NCBI RefSeq assembly: GCF_009914755.1
Contig: NC_060933.1
Reading direction: 5' to 3' (one strand)
From: the human T2T-CHM13v2.0 reference genome, Homo sapiens
Length of the DNA stretch: 64,000 nt
Position numbers and translations under genes: made by a program. Position 1 is the first letter of the stretch, and each line of letters opens with the position of its first letter. Of the stretch, positions 1 to 11,452 are shown in pieces. Below the pieces are notes generated by a model. That model was not told where the DNA came from. It ran no database searches and saw nothing but the letters and a program-made list of their open reading frames with translations.

Positions 1-103
1 GAGCCCGTTTGTGCAGCTCAAACCTCTGTGTGCCAGGTTCAAATTTCCTCTTGGGTCGGAAGGTCTTGTCCTTGTTGAATACCTGCTTCAGGGCTATGGA
101 CAT
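1..103 (-). CDS. MOB3B: MOB kinase activator 3B, N-terminal 34 codons (exon continues past left edge)
   Basis: Reverse complement from 103 reads ATGTCCATAGCCCTGAAGCAGGTATTC... = [34 protein letters not shown], the recognised MOB3B N-terminus; context gaagaccATG has A at -3. Confidence 0.97.
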
Positions 104-301
104 GGTCTTCTCTTTCGCTTCCTTTCTTTTGCAGGAAGCGAAAAGGCACCTGGAACTTTTCAGGGAGAGATCACAGCCCAACAGTGTTTTCCACTGCCAG
201 CACTCAGGCCCCAGTCTTACAGCCTGTAGCTTTTAAGCTCTTCTAAACAGCCCCTTCCATCTTCCTCTTGAATGATTTCCAAGGGAACCTCATGTTCTTT
301 C
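104..301 (-). other. MOB3B: 5'UTR portion (198 nt) of the MOB3B first coding exon
   Basis: Lies between the acceptor ...tacctttag|GAAAGAAC (exon starts at 301) and the ATG at 103. Confidence 0.88.
243..293 (-). other. Upstream ORF, 16 aa MRFPWKSFKRKMEGAV*
   Basis: ATG at 293-291, in-frame second ATG (aagATGg), TAG at 245-243. Confidence 0.7.
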
Positions 302-335
302 CTAAAGGTAGAAGAGAAAAGGGAACACATGAGTG
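302..335 (-). promoter_or_regulatory. MOB3B: 3' splice acceptor, polypyrimidine tract and candidate branch point
   Basis: Minus strand: cactcAtgtgttcccttttctcttctacctttag|G; yUnAy branch A at 330 (-29). Confidence 0.88.
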
Positions 336-734
336 CCCAGTTCGCCTTTAAAAAATGACAGTCTTCAACCTGATTTCCACCTTGTGTTCTTGGCTGTGCC
401 CACTCTCCATCCAGGTATATGGGCATGGGGGTTAAGCCACTGCCCTGTGACTCTGTACTGTTGATGCAAACCATGCAAATAACTAAAGAAGAAAAGGCAT
501 CACACTTGTTTTGTTCATGGCCTTTGTCAAATCTCTACTGGCTCTTCTTTGTGTGATCATAGGCTTAGTGGACCTTTCCAAGGTGTTAAGGATGAACATG
601 TTGATCAATGGCCTGATCCTATCCCACGTGTGCTAGCTTTTAGAGCCCCACCCCCCAACAACTCCTATTAAGTAGGCATGGGGACACTTCCCCCATCCTT
701 CTAGATACAGATGATGGAAAAGGGGTGGCTATCA

Positions 735-1175
735 CACCAAGCTGGCTAATAAGAATGTCTCTCCTGGGAATTTGGAATCAGGACTCAGCCTTGGTTGGGC
801 ATTAGTGATGTGGCATTGGGTGAGAAGTGATGAAAACTGGGTCTGGTTGAATCTTGCTTGGACCGTGTGTAGTGCAGTTGAGAAAGCTGGTCTGCAGAGC
901 CACGGAGGAAGAGGAGGAAAAGGAGAAGGTGGAGAAGGTGGCTGCCAATACACAGAGAAACAGAGACAAGAGCCTAAGTGGCCACAGAGAGAGGAAGACA
1001 AGAGAAAAAGAGAGACAGTGAGAAGAACTAATCCTGATAATCTTCTAGAAACTGGTTCCAATTCCTTTTGAAGCCTAGCTATGCTTCATGCCTTTTGGGA
1101 TCCATTCACATTTCCTGAATTAGTCAAAGCCTTACTGTATTTCAGCTAACTTGAGTTGGTTCTGTTTCTTGCCAA
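735..1175 (+). mobile_element. Old MaLR LTR (MLT1J/K/L-like)
   Basis: 3' end tttcagctaacttgagttggttctgtttcttgc resembles old MLT1 termini. Confidence 0.5.
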
Positions 1176-1261
1176 ACATTCCTAACTATGACAGTATTTG
1201 TCACCTTCCAATGTGCCGTCCTTTATACCCTTCATCTCACACTTTAGACAGCACTTTGAGG

Positions 1262-1468
1262 CAGAACTGTCCAATAGAACTTTCTGTTTCCGTGATAATG
1301 CAAATGTGTTATATCTATGGTGTTGAATATGGTACACACTAGCCACATGTGGCTATTGAGCATTTGAAATGTGGCTAATGTGACTGAGGAACAGAATTCT
1401 ACATTTTATTTAATTTTAATGAATTTAAACTTAAATAGGTGCTCACAGCTACCACACTGGATGGCACA
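1262..1468 (+). mobile_element. MER3 hAT-Charlie DNA transposon
   Basis: ctgtccaatagaactttctg...ctagccacatgtggctattgagcatttgaaatgtggct matches the MER3 consensus. Confidence 0.85.
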
Positions 1469-3070
1469 GCTCTGAAGTCTTCGATGCCCTCTTCTCCACT
1501 AACTTGTTGATCCTCACGAAAATCTGCTGAGGTTTATAGATTTATAATAGGTCTAATAGATTTATAGTGGGTATCATTCTTCCTGGGTCTCCAAGAGATA
1601 CAATTACTTGCCTAACAAGATCCCATAGCTAGCTGGAGCATGCTGTTAGATTGAAATCCAGTTTGTTGACTCCTAGCAAATGCTTTCTCTACATGGCCAT
1701 ATATTCCCAAAAGTAATGGACTTCGACTTGTCTTTCCTACTGGTTTACAAAGCTTGTTTTCCCCAAAGCTTCTATCCACATATTCCCCAAAGACTGCTGT
1801 ATAGATTGGTCGGAGGTGAAGGCTATGTTCCGTGGCCTTGAAATAGAGAGGAGATAACTGATCCACTCATAGGTCAAGCCCCAACAAAATGAGCCAACAG
1901 CTGTGGCCAGATTCAGAAGAGCCCAACACGGAATCTGTTAAAATGGGCTTGGAGCATGATCCCACTAACTGTTTTTTCCCTGCCTGTAAGGGGTTCTGCC
2001 ATTCCACACTCAAACAGGGCTTGATGGTACTTTCAACCTTAAGTTATTGAGGCCAATATACCTAAGACATCCTGATTCCCCCTTATCAACTCTGCTCTTC
2101 GCTCAGAATTGCTAACCAGGCGGTGGAATCCCCGCCCCACCCCCAGTCCCAAGGCCTCTGGCTCTCTGCCTGCTCACTTCCTCCCTCTTAACCCCACCCT
2201 CTTCCTAACAGGTTTTCACTGAAATGCCATATCCGCAAGGTGGGTTTTTTTTTTCCTATTCACAGGACATTGACCTTTGACCCACTCCCCACCAAAGAGA
2301 TCCATGTGGAAAAGCAGGTCACATGAAACTTTCTGCCTGAGACAGTCTGTGAAATCACACTTCTGGGTACCCTGGAATAGCACCTGTAAGGATATCAACA
2401 CAGAAACTCTGCAAAGTCTAGGGAAAGAATGGAGTGATCTCTTTTCCTAAAGAATACCTTCCTAAAAGAGACTTAGCTTGCCTGAAAACAGGCTTAAGAA
2501 ACCTGAGGGTTTTAGAAGGAAATTTCCAAAATAAAAGAATGAGCTGAAGGTTGGAAATACAGAGAAAGGGTGGTGAGGACTTGTTTTTTAAAAAAACAGA
2601 CAATAGTCCTTCTATGTCTCAAATGCTTAATTGCTGACAGTAAAACAGTAACCACCAAACAGCTGCCCCCTCATGTCTTGAACAAATGAGACTTGCTCTT
2701 CTATTAATCTGATAATGAGGGTACCATCAATGCCCACAGTCCTCAGAGCAACTTTCTTTCATGGCCATACATACCCTTGGTGCCACTAATCCTTCTGTTT
2801 TCCCTCAGCCAGGAGTGTCTGCTTGCATGGACACCATTGTGGAAACCTTCCTCCGCACCTGTGCCAGGCTCTTGTGGATGCCATCAACAAACCCCTCTGA
2901 CACCTCTGACGGGAGCATGTGAATAACACCGAATAATCACAACAAATCCTCCTCATCATAAAGCCTTGCGTGGACTGGCACTCGCAAATATTTAAATAAA
3001 TATTAAAACACTGTTGGAAATTTGGGAATTTTTCTTCTAGAGATACTCATATAACAAATTTGAAGATATG

Positions 3071-3364
3071 TTTTTTTTTTTTTTTTGAGACAGGAAGATC
3101 ACCTGAACCTGGGAGGTCGAGGCTGCAGTGAGCCATGATCATGCCACTGCTGGAGTGGTGTGGTGTGATCATGGCTCACTGCAGCCTCGACCTCCCAGGT
3201 TCAAACGATCCTCCTGTCTCAGCCTTCTAAGTACCAGGGACCGTAGGTGCATGCCACAATGCCTGGCTAAGTATTTTATCTTGTATTTTGTAGAGACATG
3301 GTCTCACTTTGTTGCCTAGGCTGGTCTTGAACTCCTGACCTCAAGCAATCCTCCCGCTCTGGCC
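3071..3364 (-). mobile_element. AluJ-like element with internal inverted duplication
   Basis: poly-T then Alu body; 3086-3147 is the reverse complement of 3160-3221. Confidence 0.9.
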
Positions 3365-3384
3365 TGATACCAGTCTCTTGAACT

Positions 3385-3480
3385 GGAAGGACAGGTGGTA
3401 TTATCTCCATTTTACAGACAAGGAAACAGAGACTCAGATCTCCTAGTGCTTGATTCAAATTTGTAAATGATTCTGACATG
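3385..3480 (-). mobile_element. MIR fragment
   Basis: MIR core attatctccattttacagacaaggaaacagagactcaga. Confidence 0.7.
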
Positions 3481-3814
3481 GTCAGACATGAGGCTGTCTC
3501 TTTAGGTCAAACTTTTGAATCTAAAATGAAGCTTTCTTAAGAAGAAATAGGTTGATCAGGTAGGCCCCCCCCCATGTTTAAAGACAATGGCAATCCAGGA
3601 TGGATAATAACAGATGTATCATGCCACTGAACGACAGAACAAAGAGGCACCCATCTGTGTCTTTTCCTGAGTGTGAGATGCCATATTGGCGCAGGTACCT
3701 GAGAGTTTTGAAATTAAAAAGGGAACTGTAAATGCACCTGGACTTACTTTCCCAGCCCAGAGCCCCCTTGGGACCCCTGCCCATAATTTATGCTGTGGGC
3801 TAATCAAATAGTTA

Positions 3815-4060
3815 GAACAGTGCTTAGCCAATGTGAACTCAGGGATCTTGTTAAAATGCAGGTTCTGATTAGGCTGGTCTAACAGTCTCCCAGGTGGTAC
3901 TGAATCTACTGGTCCATGGATGACACTCAAAGCATCAAGGCCTGATCTAACTAAGTGATCTTGTTAGAAATGTAGACTCTCAGGCTTCACCCCAAACCTG
4001 GTAGATCTAAGTGTGCATTTTAACAAAATCTCAAAAGTATATGATCTGAGAAGTGCTGGG
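3815..4060. mobile_element. MER5-family hAT fragments
   Basis: gatcttgttaaaatgcaggttctgatt and gatcttgttagaaatgtagactctcaggc motifs. Confidence 0.65.
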
Positions 4061-4551
4061 TTGGAGGGCTGCCTGCCTGGCTGAGTAAAGGAATGAATAA
4101 ACAAACTTCCATTTATTGTTTTGTCAACAGATTGTTTCATAAACAGTCTTCAGTTGAGTGTGGGTATGTTCGAGAAAAAAAAATGAGAGATACTGTTTTG
4201 AATACAATCGCCTTGACAGATGGTGACAATGACCAGGTCTTTTGATCTGGACTGACTTGTATAGCCCAGCACCCAGCACCTAGGAGGTCTCCAGTGAATA
4301 CCTTTTCATAAATGCCAGGTAGAGGGCAGCTGCTGCTATTGCGGCCTCAAGCAGAAAGGTTTCTTTGGCTGAATAAACTGTAGCACTAGCAACAACACAG
4401 TGGTTATTTTCTGTCCTGTTTCAGTCTCCAAAAAAAAAAAAAAAAAAAAAAGTCATAAAGTTTTCCTTCTAAGTAGAAATGGAAAGTAAATTCTATGTCA
4501 TGAACTGCACCCATGACAATTCTGGTTGTTAATAAATATTTGAAACCAATG

Positions 4552-4680
4552 GTTCATTTGATCAATAAACATTTACTAAAAGCTTTTTATGTGTCAGACA
4601 CAGGGCTAGGCACTAAGGACATAGAGTTCATAAAAATGTGGTCCCTGTCTATGAAGAATTCACAATTTGGTATGTAGTTT
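4552..4680 (-). mobile_element. L2 3' end
   Basis: ttcatttgatcaataaacatttact...tgtgtcagacacagggctaggcact. Confidence 0.65.
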
Positions 4681-7004
4681 TGAGGTTAGTTATTGACTTT
4701 TGCTTTTAATACTATAAAGTTCAATGCACCAACATGCATACTGATGTGACTCCTTCAGAGTATTACTTAGGTCAGGGATGAAACAGGACAATAAAGGGTG
4801 AGGTCTTTGGAAAGAGAAAAACAGAAATCTAAATAAATAGCACAAAACTGACAGAAGTTCCATGTGCTCTCCATATTTTCTGCCTAATAGATCAATTATA
4901 ACAATAAAACATGTGCACTATAAAAACATGCAGAGAGAATTCGGCTGGGCTGCAAGGGAATGTTGACAAGGTAGCTAAGCAACGCACTGGCAAGGAAAGT
5001 TCTAATTTTTCTTTTCCTATTGATGTCTTTTGCCTCATTAGTTGAGAAATCAAAGAGTCCTTGCCAGGGATAAGGAAGAAATAAAACAACTCTCCCAGTC
5101 ACTCCTGAGAGATCCATCTTCTCTAGCCAGGCCCACCTCTAAGAGACCTTGGTGGTACTGAAGGGTGAGGGGGTTAGGAAAGGAGAGGGACTGAAGCTGA
5201 TACCAGTTGCAGGAAAGGCAGTTCAATATCTTATCTGTGAGGTGGAGGACTCCTCCTGGCAGGATCAGCTGCCAGGATGATTCATTTCCTATAGGAAGGC
5301 CATAAGAGAAATGCCCCAGAAACACCCCGCATGAAGGAGGTTTAGTGTCATCTTCATTGCCAGGCACAGAGCTGACTTAACTGAATGTTTGCTGAATGAA
5401 TGAGTAAATGACAGTGAATTACGAACATTTTACATCACAGTGAAACCACAAAAGAGGAACCAAAGTGGATCTCCTGTCTTCAGTTATTTGGGGACTCTAT
5501 GTCAATCTGTAAGCTCACTGCCAACTCACTGAGGCCGCTGGGATACCCTGAAGTAACAAGTCTGCCTCCTGAAAGGACAAGACTTCAGCTCAACTTTTCT
5601 TTCAAATGAGCTGCTCCATTCCTCTGTGTTATCTGAAATTCCACCTCTTCAGAATCAAAGAATGACCAGTCTGATTTCTCATTTTCCCACTATATTGTTC
5701 TCTTTATAGCTGGAATAGTCCTTGGAATCGTCCTCCCACTTCCCAAATATTGAATTAAAGTAGATTGGGTTTTTATTTTAGAGGGGTGTATGTATGTGTG
5801 TATCATAAAATGAACATCGTCTGACCTTTCCAGGATCCAATAAAGGATGTGCCTAAGATGCAATTCCATCAGCCCTTATGCACTGTTTACCTTATGCCTA
5901 CTTAGTAGGTGCCATCTTTGCCCACAGGACAACCCCAGAATGGAAGAGATTCCTGCCTGAGAAGCAGCTTTGCTATTTTTTTCCCCAACGAATTCAACTC
6001 CTCAACTTTGAGCTGTCATATCACTGCATTTTGTTACATTAGTTGGGAGAAACCTTGCTGCCTCATTTTAATCTTCAAAGATATGCATGGTTTCAGAGCT
6101 TAGAATGCTCACATTATTTCTGAACACAGATGAAGTTAGTACAAATAGGTGTAACCGTACAGAAGTCTGTCACAGGACTATTCTGCTCATCTTCTAGCTC
6201 TTCAATGGTCGTTTGAATTGCATTCTTGCTGTTTCACAGGCTTATTGTTTTGGTCATCAGTGCAGACATTCTAGCATCAAATGTGTAAGTAAATAGTGCC
6301 AAAATGAAAGCATTACCTGTAACCTTATACACTGTAGCAGCAGCAACAGCTACAATAGATGAATGCACAGGTGTTTTCAGCAAAAACCTATAATGATTCA
6401 TCATCATTCAGAAGAGGACACTTAGTGGTGAGAAAGAATGGAAAGAGTAAAAGAAAAGAGTGGGATTTGTTTGGTATGGTTTGAAACATTACCTACTGAC
6501 AGTCCATGGAACAAAAGACAGAGTTTTATAAAATGTTTTCTGAAATAAAGAGAATAATGTTCCTTCTGGACACCAGTACCAACTAGCTTAGATTCCCAAC
6601 AATGACAAAGATGAAGACTTTTTGGTCAAACCTTGGGCAGGGTTGATCCAATCTTACTGCAGTTGTAAAAATAAATAGTCAAGTAAAATTATTACAGGAT
6701 AAAAGCTCAGATGACCTATTTAATCTTATAAAGATTATAAATCTTATAATGACATCCTACTGATTATACTGATTTTTTTTAAAAGAAAGAGAAACTTCTC
6801 TAAGTCAGTGAGAGATTTGGTATATTATTTCCAGATATTTAGACTAGCTGGAAAATATTCATTTTTGTGGCTTAAAGAAAGACACGTGAATTGAAAAAAA
6901 CAATATCTAAGTCAGGTGAGGGTAGAAGAATGGGGGATGTGATGAGAACTACAGATAAAGCTTAAGTTATAGCTGAAATAAAAAATTAAGGCAGGTAAAA
7001 AATG

Positions 7005-7163
7005 TAAGTATTTTTACTTTTTAAAGCATGAGTGTATATCAGCTGATATGATGTCACTCTGAACCTTGAACGGATATTGAGATAAGTATTTTTACTTTAT
7101 AAAGCATGGGTGTATATCAGCTGATATGATATCACTCTGAACCCTCAGTGGATACTGGGATAA
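7005..7163. repeat. Tandem duplication, 2 x 78 bp
   Basis: taagtatttttacttt...tatcagctgatatgat...ctctgaacc begins at 7005 and again at 7083. Confidence 0.92.
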
Positions 7164-7769
7164 AGGTCATTGTCAGTTACCCTTTCTTTTTCTTTGAAAC
7201 AGCGTATGTCAATCCTTTCTTGGAAAAGTCTTAAAGGAAAAAGGTTCAAATTCAAGGAAGTTGGATCCTGTAACTGACAACAGACTTGTTTACTCTTAGC
7301 CACTAAGTGAACTTGAGTCTCAAAGTCTGAAAAATTTCTAGCCCTAGCACCATGAGAACTTATGTATGACATCTGGAACCATTGCAAAAGATCTTTGCAG
7401 GAAGGTGGAGAACACAAAATGGGCAAGAAGACTGGAAATTCGAAAATACAGTTTGAATTTTCAAAAGATCATAAGTTTAAGTTTGACAGGGGATAGGTAA
7501 AATTAACACCAAGAGCAGGCAAGATTAAGAGGCACTAAAGCCCAGTGGCTAACAGCACACAGCTTTTGCAGGGTTGCTGCAAGAATTCAAACAGTTTACG
7601 TAAAACACTTAGCATTAGCAAGTACTGAATATAGTATAGTGGTTGTTGCTATCATCATGTTCATCATTTGAATCATATTATGATACAAGTTTTACTAGAG
7701 AGTCAGATTCTTGAGAGACCAGTCACCTAGAATCTATCTTAGGATGCCTAAAATTCTAATTATATAATA

Positions 7770-7960
7770 TTAACAATGGTATTTATTAAGGACTTCCTAT
7801 TTATTTTAGTTTTCACAACCTTATGAATAGGTATTATTATTATTATACCTAATTTACGCTTAAGGAAACTGAGACACAGTGAGATTGAAGCTATATCCTG
7901 ATCACAGAACCAGTAAGTAGCCAAGCTGACTCCAAACCTCTTACCACCTACTTAAAAGTG
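7770..7960 (-). mobile_element. MIR
   Basis: gtatttattaag...taaggaaactgagacacag...agtaagtag. Confidence 0.65.
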
Positions 7961-8231
7961 CCTCTTTAGACAGTTGGGTAGTTAAAGAAAAAAAACAAAA
8001 CAGAGGAAGTTCTGGGGTACACCTAAGGGGGTCAGGGAGGAAATGGGAGAAACAGAGACCTAGCCCTATGTACATTGTCATGTGCCACTCCAGAAGAGAT
8101 CTATTTCTGGAAACTTCGCGGTCTAGATTCAAAAGACCTGGATTCAAATTCTGGCAATGACTTTAGCTGGCTATGTCTTTGAACAGACACTTTTTATGAA
8201 TCTCAGTTTTGTCTTCTTTAAAGATGATGGT

Positions 8232-8532
8232 GGCTGGGCACAGTGACTCACGTCTGTAATCCTAACACTTTGGGAAGCTGAGCCAGGCTGATTGCTTGAG
8301 CCCAGGAGTTCGAGACCAGCCTAGGCAACATGGCAAAACCTCATCTCTACAAAAAATACAAAAATTAGCCCAGTGGGACACGCCTGTAGTCCCAGCTACT
8401 TGGGAGGCTGAGGTGGGAGGATCACCTGAGCCTGGGGATGTCCAGACTGCAGTGAGCCATGATTGCACCACTGTGCTCCAGCCTGGGCAGCAGCATGAGA
8501 CCCTGTCTCAAAAAAAAGAAAAAAGAAAAAAA
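8232..8532 (+). mobile_element. AluJ inserted in a MIR (MIR ~8110-8231 and ~8540-8640)
   Basis: Full dimer with A tail; MIR sequence on both flanks. Confidence 0.9.
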
Positions 8533-9190
8533 TAATAAGGATAACGGTTAATGGTGCTTACCTTTATTGTAAGGTTACTGTGAAAATTAAAAGAGATATT
8601 GCCAGTGAAAGTGCTTCACAAATGGAAAACAATTATATGGTTATTGACATAGTGACTGATAAAAGAAACTATGACTTTTGACTTAATATCAAGAAATGAT
8701 GTGAGAAACAGAAAATGATTCAGTTCAATGCAAATGTGTGTTTACGAATAAGAAATAGGCAGGAGGTGGTAGGGGTGGGGGGCACGGTGGCAATGGAAGC
8801 CCTGCATAGGAGGAAAGAAAGAAAGAAAATGCTTCATTCTTGCTTAATTTGGGTGGACTTCTAATTCTCAGGCAAAAAGAAATAATATTAACCTCAGTGA
8901 TTTGATAATGAGTTAACAATATTCCCCAACATTTATAACACACTTACCCTAATATTTTGAGGGAGTTCCAGTATTTTTTTGCATATAATAAATCTAATGC
9001 AATATGGCTTATTTCATGAATTTGGGCAAATTATATCCACCATGCCCTCCCACTAATCCCTCAAACACTTTTCAGAATAGCATATAAATACTCTACATTT
9101 AACACATTACATTCCTGGTTATAATCCAGTTACAACCTCTGTATTCTGATAACAGAAATGACTTTCTAAACTGTTTAAAAAGTTATTTTT

Positions 9191-11452
9191 TATATTAGTT
9201 CATTTTCATGCTGCTGATAAAGACATACCTGAAAATGGGAACAAAAAGAGGTTTAATTGGACTTACAGTTCCACATGGCTGGGGAGGCCTCAGAATCATG
9301 GCGGGAGGTGGAAGACACTTCTTACATGGCAGCAGCAAGAGAAAAATGAGGAAGAAGCAAAAAAAGAGACCCCTGATAAACCCATCAGATCTCGTGAGAC
9401 TTATTCACTATCACGAGAATAGCATGGGAAAGACTGGCCCCCATGATTCAATTATCTCCCCCTGGGTCCCTGCCATAGCATGTGAGAACTCTGGGAGATA
9501 TAATTCAAGTTGAGATTTGGGTGGGGACACAGCCAAACCATATCATTCTGCCCCTGGCCCCTCCAAATCTCACGACCTCACATTTCAAAACCAATCATGC
9601 CTTCCCAACAGTCACCCAAAGTCTTAACTCATTTCAGCATTAACCCAAAAGTCCATAGTCCAAAGTCTCATCTGAGACAAGGCAAGTCCCTTCCACCTAT
9701 AAGCCTGCAAAGTCAACAGCAAGCTAGTTAATTCCTAGACACAATGTGCGTACAGGTATTGGGTAAATACAGCTGTTCCAAATGGGAGAAATTGGCCAAA
9801 ACAAAGGGGTTACAGGGCCCATGCAAGTCCGAAATCCAGCAGGGCAGTCAAATTTTAAAGCTCCAAAATGATCTCCTTTGACTCCAGGTCTGACATCCAG
9901 GTCATGCTGCTGCAAGAAGTGGGTTCCCATTATTTTGGGAAGCTCCACCCCTGTGGCTTTGCAGGGTACAGCCTCCCTGCTGGCTGCTTTCATGGGCTGG
10001 CATTAAGTGTGTGTGGCTTTTCCAGGTGCACAGTGCAAGCTGTCAGTGGATCTACCATTCTGGGGTCTGGAAGATGATGGCCCTCTTCTTACAGCTCCAC
10101 CAAGCAGTGCCCCAGTAGGGACTCTGTGTGGGGGCTCCAACCCCACATTTCCCTTCTGCACTGCCCTAGCGGAGGTTCTCCATGAGGGTCCCGCCCCTGC
10201 AGCAAACTTTTGCCTGGGTATCCAGGCATGTCCACACATCTTCTGAAATCTAGGGGGAGGTTTCCAAACCTCAATTCTTGACTTCTGTGCACCCACAGGC
10301 TCAACACCACGTGGAAACTGCCAAGGCCTGGGGCTTCCACCCTCTGAAGCCACACCCTGAGCTCTACGTTGGCCCTTTCGGCCACAGCTGGAATGGCTGG
10401 GACACAGGGCACCAAGTTCCTAGGCTGCATACAGCACGGGGATCCTGGGACCGGCCCACAAAACCACTTTTTCCTGCTGGGCCTCTGGGCCTGTGATGGG
10501 TGGGGCAGCCATGAAGATCTCTGACATGGCCTGGAGACATTTTCCCCATGGTCTTAGGGATTAACATTAGGCTCCTTGCTCCTTATGCAGCCGACTTGAA
10601 TTTCTCCTCAAAAAATGGGTTTTTCTTTTCTACTGCATCGTCAGGCTGCAAATTTTCTGAACTTTTACGCTCTGTTTCTCTTTTAAAACAGAATGCATTT
10701 AACAGCACCCAAGTTACCTTCTGAAAGCTTTGCTGCTTAGAAATTTCTTCCGCCAGTTACCCTAAATCATCTCTCTCAAGTTCAAAGTTCCACAAATCTC
10801 TAGGGCCACCAGTCTCTTTGCTAAAATATAACAAGAGTCACCTTTGCTCCAGTTCCCAACAAGTTCCTCATCTCCATCTGAGACCACTTCAGCCTGGACC
10901 TTATTGTTCACATCACTATCAGCATTTTTGTCAAAGCCATTCAACAAGTCTTTAGGAGGTTCCAAACTTTCCCACATTTTCCTGTCTTCTGAACCCTTCA
11001 CATTGTTCCAACCTCTGCCTGTTACCCAGTTCCAAAGTCACTTCCACATTTTCGGGTATCTTTTCAGCAACGCCTCACTCTACTGGTACCAATTTACTAT
11101 ATTTGTCCATTTTCATGCTGCTGATAAAAACATACCCAAAACTGGGAAGAAAAAAGGGGTTTAATTGGACTTAGAGTTCCACATGGTTGGGGAGGCCTCA
11201 GAATCATAGTGGGAGGCAGAAGGCACTTCTTATATGGCGGCAGCAAGAGAAAATGAGGAAGAAGCAAAAGCAGAAACCCCTGATAAACCCATCAGATCTC
11301 GTGAGACTTATTCACTATCACAAGAATAGCACGGGAAAGACCGGCCCTTATGATTCAATTATCTCCCCTTGCGTCCGTCCCACAATATGTGGGAATTTTG
11401 GGAGATAAAATTCAAGTTGAGATTTGGGTGGGGACACAGCCAAACCATATCA
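9191..11452 (-). mobile_element. Full-length THE1A MaLR element: 3' LTR 9191-9545, internal ~9546-11097, 5' LTR 11098-11452
   Basis: Two ~355-bp direct repeats (tatatt.gt.cattttcatgctgctgataaa...ggggacacagccaaaccatatca) around a ~1.55-kb THE1 internal region. Confidence 0.92.

Noticed and set aside
9-474. ORF-track entries 9-236, 11-229 and 217-474
   Set aside because: Antisense or out-of-frame shadows of the MOB3B exon; 217-474 crosses the splice acceptor
4420-4455. Isolated poly(A), also at ~17237 and poly(T) at ~34296
   Set aside because: No flanking TSD, unlike 58886-58935; treated as simple mononucleotide runs
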